Assembly (NCBI GenBank): GCA_052426225.1
Contig: JBNJNM010000015.1
Location: 806,001 to 870,000 of the forward strand
Direction of reading: 5' to 3'
DNA: 64,000 nucleotides
Origin: Zancudomyces culisetae HAW-14-8
Lineage: Eukaryota; Fungi; Kickxellomycota
The position numbers were made by a program, and so were the translations under genes. The notes beneath the pieces were generated by a model. The model was not told the origin of the DNA, ran no database searches, and saw only the letters and a program-made list of their open reading frames with translations. How positions within the stretch are numbered: position 1 is the stretch's first letter; each line of letters opens with the position of its first letter. Below, in pieces: positions 60,706-64,000 of this stretch.

Positions 60706-62367
60706 TTAATCCATTACATTTATCGGAGATGAAGGAGGGTCTTCCTCCATCTCCGCATCATGGATGCTGGGACCGATTTGATTGCTGTTGTCTTGATCCG
60801 GAGGTTTTCCGGTTCCGCTGTCTTCCGCCTCGCCGTGTGGTGCCTCTTGCTGGTTTTGCGTTTGATTCTGTTCCTGTGCTTGCTGTTGTTCTTGTACTTG
60901 CTCTTGTCCTTGTTGCTGCTCTTGTCCTTGTTGCTGCTCTTGTCCTTGTTGCTGCTCTTGTAGTTGTTGTTGTTCTTGCCCTTGTTCCTCTTGTTGTGGC
61001 TGTGCTTCCATTCGTGTCTCCCCTTCTGCTGTAAGTGATTCTCTTTCTATTCTTTCTTTTACTTCTTTTTCCTTCATCGCAAGCTTTTGTGCCAGCCTTA
61101 TGACTGCATTGTCTTCCTTATTTTTTTTTTGTTTATTGATCTTTTTGATCTGTTTTTGTTTACTGCTTTGTTTCAGTATTTTGAATTTTTGTTTTTTTGT
61201 TTTTTTTTTACTAATGTTGTTATTAAAGATAACTTCGTTGATGATATTTTCCACCTCCATGTTTTCTGCTTTCTCCAGTTCTGCTTGTTTTCGTGCTTCC
61301 TCTTCATTTTGTACTCGTTCTTGTTTTTCCTCTTCCGAGTCGTAACCTTCGTCCATACGACTTTCGTAGTCGTCGTCAAAGCTTTCTTTATCGCTTGCCC
61401 TTTCCTTCTCATTTTCATTTTCATTATCAGCTTCGTTTTCCGCTTCCTTTTCGGCTTCTTTTTGCTGCTTTTCCCGTTCCTGGCGTTTTTCCTGTTCTTG
61501 TTGTCTTTTTTTTTCGTGTTGGTTTTCTAGTTCATTCTGCATTTCTAACTCCTTATTCATTTCCATTTCTTTTTGTCTCTCCTGTTCAATCTGGTTTTTA
61601 CCTTCTGTTATCATTTGTTTTATTTCTCTGTACCTGTCTGGTCTGTTTCTTTTTCTTTGTTTTGCCAGTTCAGGGCATTCACTCTTCCAGTGACCCTCAA
61701 TCTTGCAGTATGTGCAAGAGGCTGGCGCCCCATCCCAGATCAGATTGATCTTTTCATCCTTTACCACTATTGTTGTAGGCAGTTTAGCTCCCTTGTGCAT
61801 CCTTATTAGTACCTTTAGGCTGTTGACAACGAAGTGATCGTTGCCCGCCACCCTTAATGCCATAATGTCTGCAATCTCACCATAGTGCTTCATTACTTGG
61901 TATAGATTTGCGACGAATCCATGGATCTCATCGTTCTTGAATGATGGTATGGTCACCACTTTCGTTACTTCAGTGTGTTGAAAGGTGTTCCACAGATCTA
62001 GCTCCTTTCCTGACACAGTTTTTTTGATCTTTCTAGCCGCTTCTGCGTCTTCCACTGTTTTGAACCAGACAAACAGAACTCCTCTTTCTCTGTCTTGGTC
62101 GAATGATACTTCAAAGTCTTTTAGGGTATCAGAGATCTCACCCATTGCTGCATCATAGTTTGCGTTGATGCTTCTGGTTCGGATGGCGAGTTTTCGCTCA
62201 TCTCTGGTTCTGCAAACAATCATATTCCCTACATCGGGTCTCTCATCGACCCAGTGGAGGATAGAGTATTGTTGGTAGAGCATCGCTCTACCTCCTCTTG
62301 CAGCTTGGTAGCTGCCCCTTTGCGCAGTTTGCGCATAGGACTTTTCTTTCGTCTGCGTTGATGCCAT
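60706..62367 (-). CDS. LINE ORF1 (nucleic-acid-binding, CCHC knuckle, coiled coil, Q-rich tail)
   Basis: CTYCKIEGHWKSEC; E/K/Q coiled coil; (QEQQQG)n repeat at ~60880-60990; lies upstream of ORF2. Confidence 0.9.
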   Translation of the reverse strand: MASTQTKEKSYAQTAQRGSYQAARGGRAMLYQQYSILHWVDERPDVGNMIVCRTRDERKLAIRTRSINANYDAAMGEISDTLKDFEVSFDQDRERGVLFVWFKTVEDAEAARKIKKTVSGKELDLWNTFQHTEVTKVVTIPSFKNDEIHGFVANLYQVMKHYGEIADIMALRVAGNDHFVVNSLKVLIRMHKGAKLPTTIVVKDEKINLIWDGAPASCTYCKIEGHWKSECPELAKQRKRNRPDRYREIKQMITEGKNQIEQERQKEMEMNKELEMQNELENQHEKKRQQEQEKRQEREKQQKEAEKEAENEADNENENEKERASDKESFDDDYESRMDEGYDSEEEKQERVQNEEEARKQAELEKAENMEVENIINEVIFNNNISKKKTKKQKFKILKQSSKQKQIKKINKQKKNKEDNAVIRLAQKLAMKEKEVKERIERESLTAEGETRMEAQPQQEEQGQEQQQLQEQQQGQEQQQGQEQQQGQEQVQEQQQAQEQNQTQNQQEAPHGEAEDSGTGKPPDQDNSNQIGPSIHDAEMEEDPPSSPINVMD

Positions 62368-62776
62368 ATCTTCGCAGACGTTTCTTAGGGTTTTTTTGGA
62401 TTTAAGGTCAGTTAAATTTAGTAGATTTAGGTTTAGATTTATGTTCAGTTGGACTAAATGTGTCGAGATCAGTACTAATCTCGGTTTAGACGTGTTTTTT
62501 ATGAGTTTTTTATGACCTTTTGGGTACTTTTTACTATGTTTTTTGGGTTTTTTATAACTTTTTTTGTTATCTTTTTGTTATCTTTTTATGTTTTTTCTTA
62601 TGTTTTTTTATTGCTATATATCTTTTTTTTTCTTATGGTTTTTAATGTTTTTAGGCTTGTTTTAAAGGTAATATTTTATTTAAGATGTTGTGTGATTTTA
62701 GTCGCTGTCAATAGTCGATATCGCTATATTTTTCAATTTTTTAAAAAATGAAGTACTATAGTGTATAAAATCTTCC

Positions 62777-63022
62777 ACCCGAATTTGCTAATCTCGTGGC
62801 GGTCCAAAATTGACCTATTCGAATTCGACCTACGAAAAGAATGTGTTTCATGTACTGTGGAAAGGCCGCTTGTAAGTCGACCCAATTCCTTTGTCGGCCT
62901 GCTCCAACTTCCTTTATCCACTTTGTAATATTCGACTTGTCTTTCAACCTGTTGTTTATCTCGAGTGTCTCCTTAGTTTTTCTTACCTCTCCGGTTGGTA
63001 CATTATCAATCTTGACCCTGTT
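62777..63022 (-). mobile_element. Older truncated LINE-A copy, 5' half
   Basis: Matches ~57258-57503 and continues exactly where the 56210-56752 piece stops, overlapping it by the TSD. Confidence 0.9.
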
Positions 63023-63362
63023 AGTTCACTGGGAAACTAATTTCAAGTCAAGCTGACGGTCAACAGTTATGTGGCTGCTGTACCTCCTGAATATATCACA
63101 TCCCATAAACACAAAAATTCGCCCACAATGTAATAATAGAATGAGCAAGATGAACCGAGCCACGAGAGAAAATATCAATTTTAAGACCACAGCAATATTT
63201 TATTTCAAATTCAAGCTCCCAATAGTCATAAAACATTATATAAAAATATATAACTAAAAAATATGCTTTGGTGTGCCGCGAGAGAGTAGGTGTTAAACAC
63301 ACATAGACAATTAATGCTTATGAACAAGAAAACAAAACAAATACGTGGAAAATAAAGCCAAC

Positions 63363-64000
63363 TTAGTAAAGACGGTGAGCCTTACCCATGGTTGTCTTGA
63401 TAAAGAGGGACTTGACGTTTTGCCAGCGCTTCTTCAACAAAGAAACCAAAAAGTTGACAGCAAGCATAATGTTGGACAACAATTCGTCTTCAGTCATTGT
63501 GACGTTTCCAATGGCAACAGCCAAACACAAAACCTTCTTCAATTGGAACTTGATGGTTGAGCGGAGCTCGTTGACCTTGTCACCCAAGTTGTCTGCGTGT
63601 GAGACAGTGGTTGGGAATTTACCGGCCTTGTGGAGTCCTGGACCCAAAAGTCTTGGGATTTGTTTGATCAAAGCTTCGGAGGCCAAGAAGGCATCGGCAC
63701 TAGCAGCAAGCTTCTTGACAAGCTTCTTGTTCTTGTTGAGCTTCTTCAAGTCCTCAGCAGTTTGGAATGGAATGTTTTCGGATTTGGCTCTGTCAGCATC
63801 GAGAGCATCTCCCAACAAGCAAACGGTCATTTGTGGGCGTGGAATGTATGGCAACTTGACGGTTCCACTGAAACGCTTGTCTCTTTGAGGATCGTAGTTC
63901 TTCAAACCAATTTGGAGTTCAACAGTTTCTGTGAACTTTCTCTTCTTCTCCTGTGATTCAGCAAGCAAAAGCTTGACTGTCTCTCTCACGGCTGCCACTT
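63363..64000 (-). CDS. RPL1: 60S ribosomal protein uL1 (L1/L10a), 5' end outside window
   Basis: [59 protein letters not shown]. Confidence 0.97.
   Translation of the reverse strand, partial: VAAVRETVKLLLAESQEKKRKFTETVELQIGLKNYDPQRDKRFSGTVKLPYIPRPQMTVCLLGDALDADRAKSENIPFQTAEDLKKLNKNKKLVKKLAASADAFLASEALIKQIPRLLGPGLHKAGKFPTTVSHADNLGDKVNELRSTIKFQLKKVLCLAVAIGNVTMTEDELLSNIMLAVNFLVSLLKKRWQNVKSLFIKTTMGKAHRLY

Larger units (their letters stand above)
56753..62776 (-). mobile_element. Full-length non-LTR retrotransposon (APE-type LINE, family A), ~6.0 kb
   Basis: Poly(A) tail (T run 56753-56771), two intact ORFs, A-rich 5' UTR, TSD ACCCGAATTTGC(T) at 56741-56752 and 62777-62788. Confidence 0.95.

Noticed and set aside
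29908-63956. Numerous antisense or alternate-frame ORFs (e.g. 35912-36595, 41441-42235, 49876-50568, 63388-63888)
   Set aside because: Shadows of real genes on the opposite strand; no independent motifs.

Overview
AT-rich eukaryotic, fungal-type genomic DNA. Gene style, low GC and low-complexity inserts suggest an early-diverging fungus such as a Harpellales insect-gut fungus; this is inference only. The window has three compartments. (1) 1-19 kb is repeat-rich: a hyper-AT degenerate block with a Tc1/mariner relic, a decayed Ty3/gypsy chromovirus (4787-10698, minus), a related LTR relic, a subtilisin and an atypical P450. The chromovirus shows a Tf1-type self-priming signature, a -1 frameshift site and a ~440-codon spacer between protease and RT. 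(2) 19-43 kb is a compact housekeeping block: FYRN/FYRC protein, CK2 beta, CABLES-like cyclin, a large coiled-coil protein, PI4-kinase Pik1, carboxypeptidase Y and a multi-TM protein, with very short predicted introns including a 24-nt candidate. (3) 43-64 kb is LINE-rich: several 5'-truncated LINE 3' ends, a secreted acidic 18-aa-repeat protein, aminoacylase-1, an apparently intact 6.0-kb LINE inserted with a 12-13 bp TSD into an older copy of its own family, and uL1/RPL1 running off the end. The most interesting signals are the tRNA-independent self-priming LTR architecture, a covarying RNA stem-loop shared by LINE subfamilies at the end of ORF2, an ATG-less N-terminal extension of LINE ORF2, the 24-nt intron, and possible C-to-T decay of repeats. 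All homology calls come from motif recognition by eye; no searches were run.
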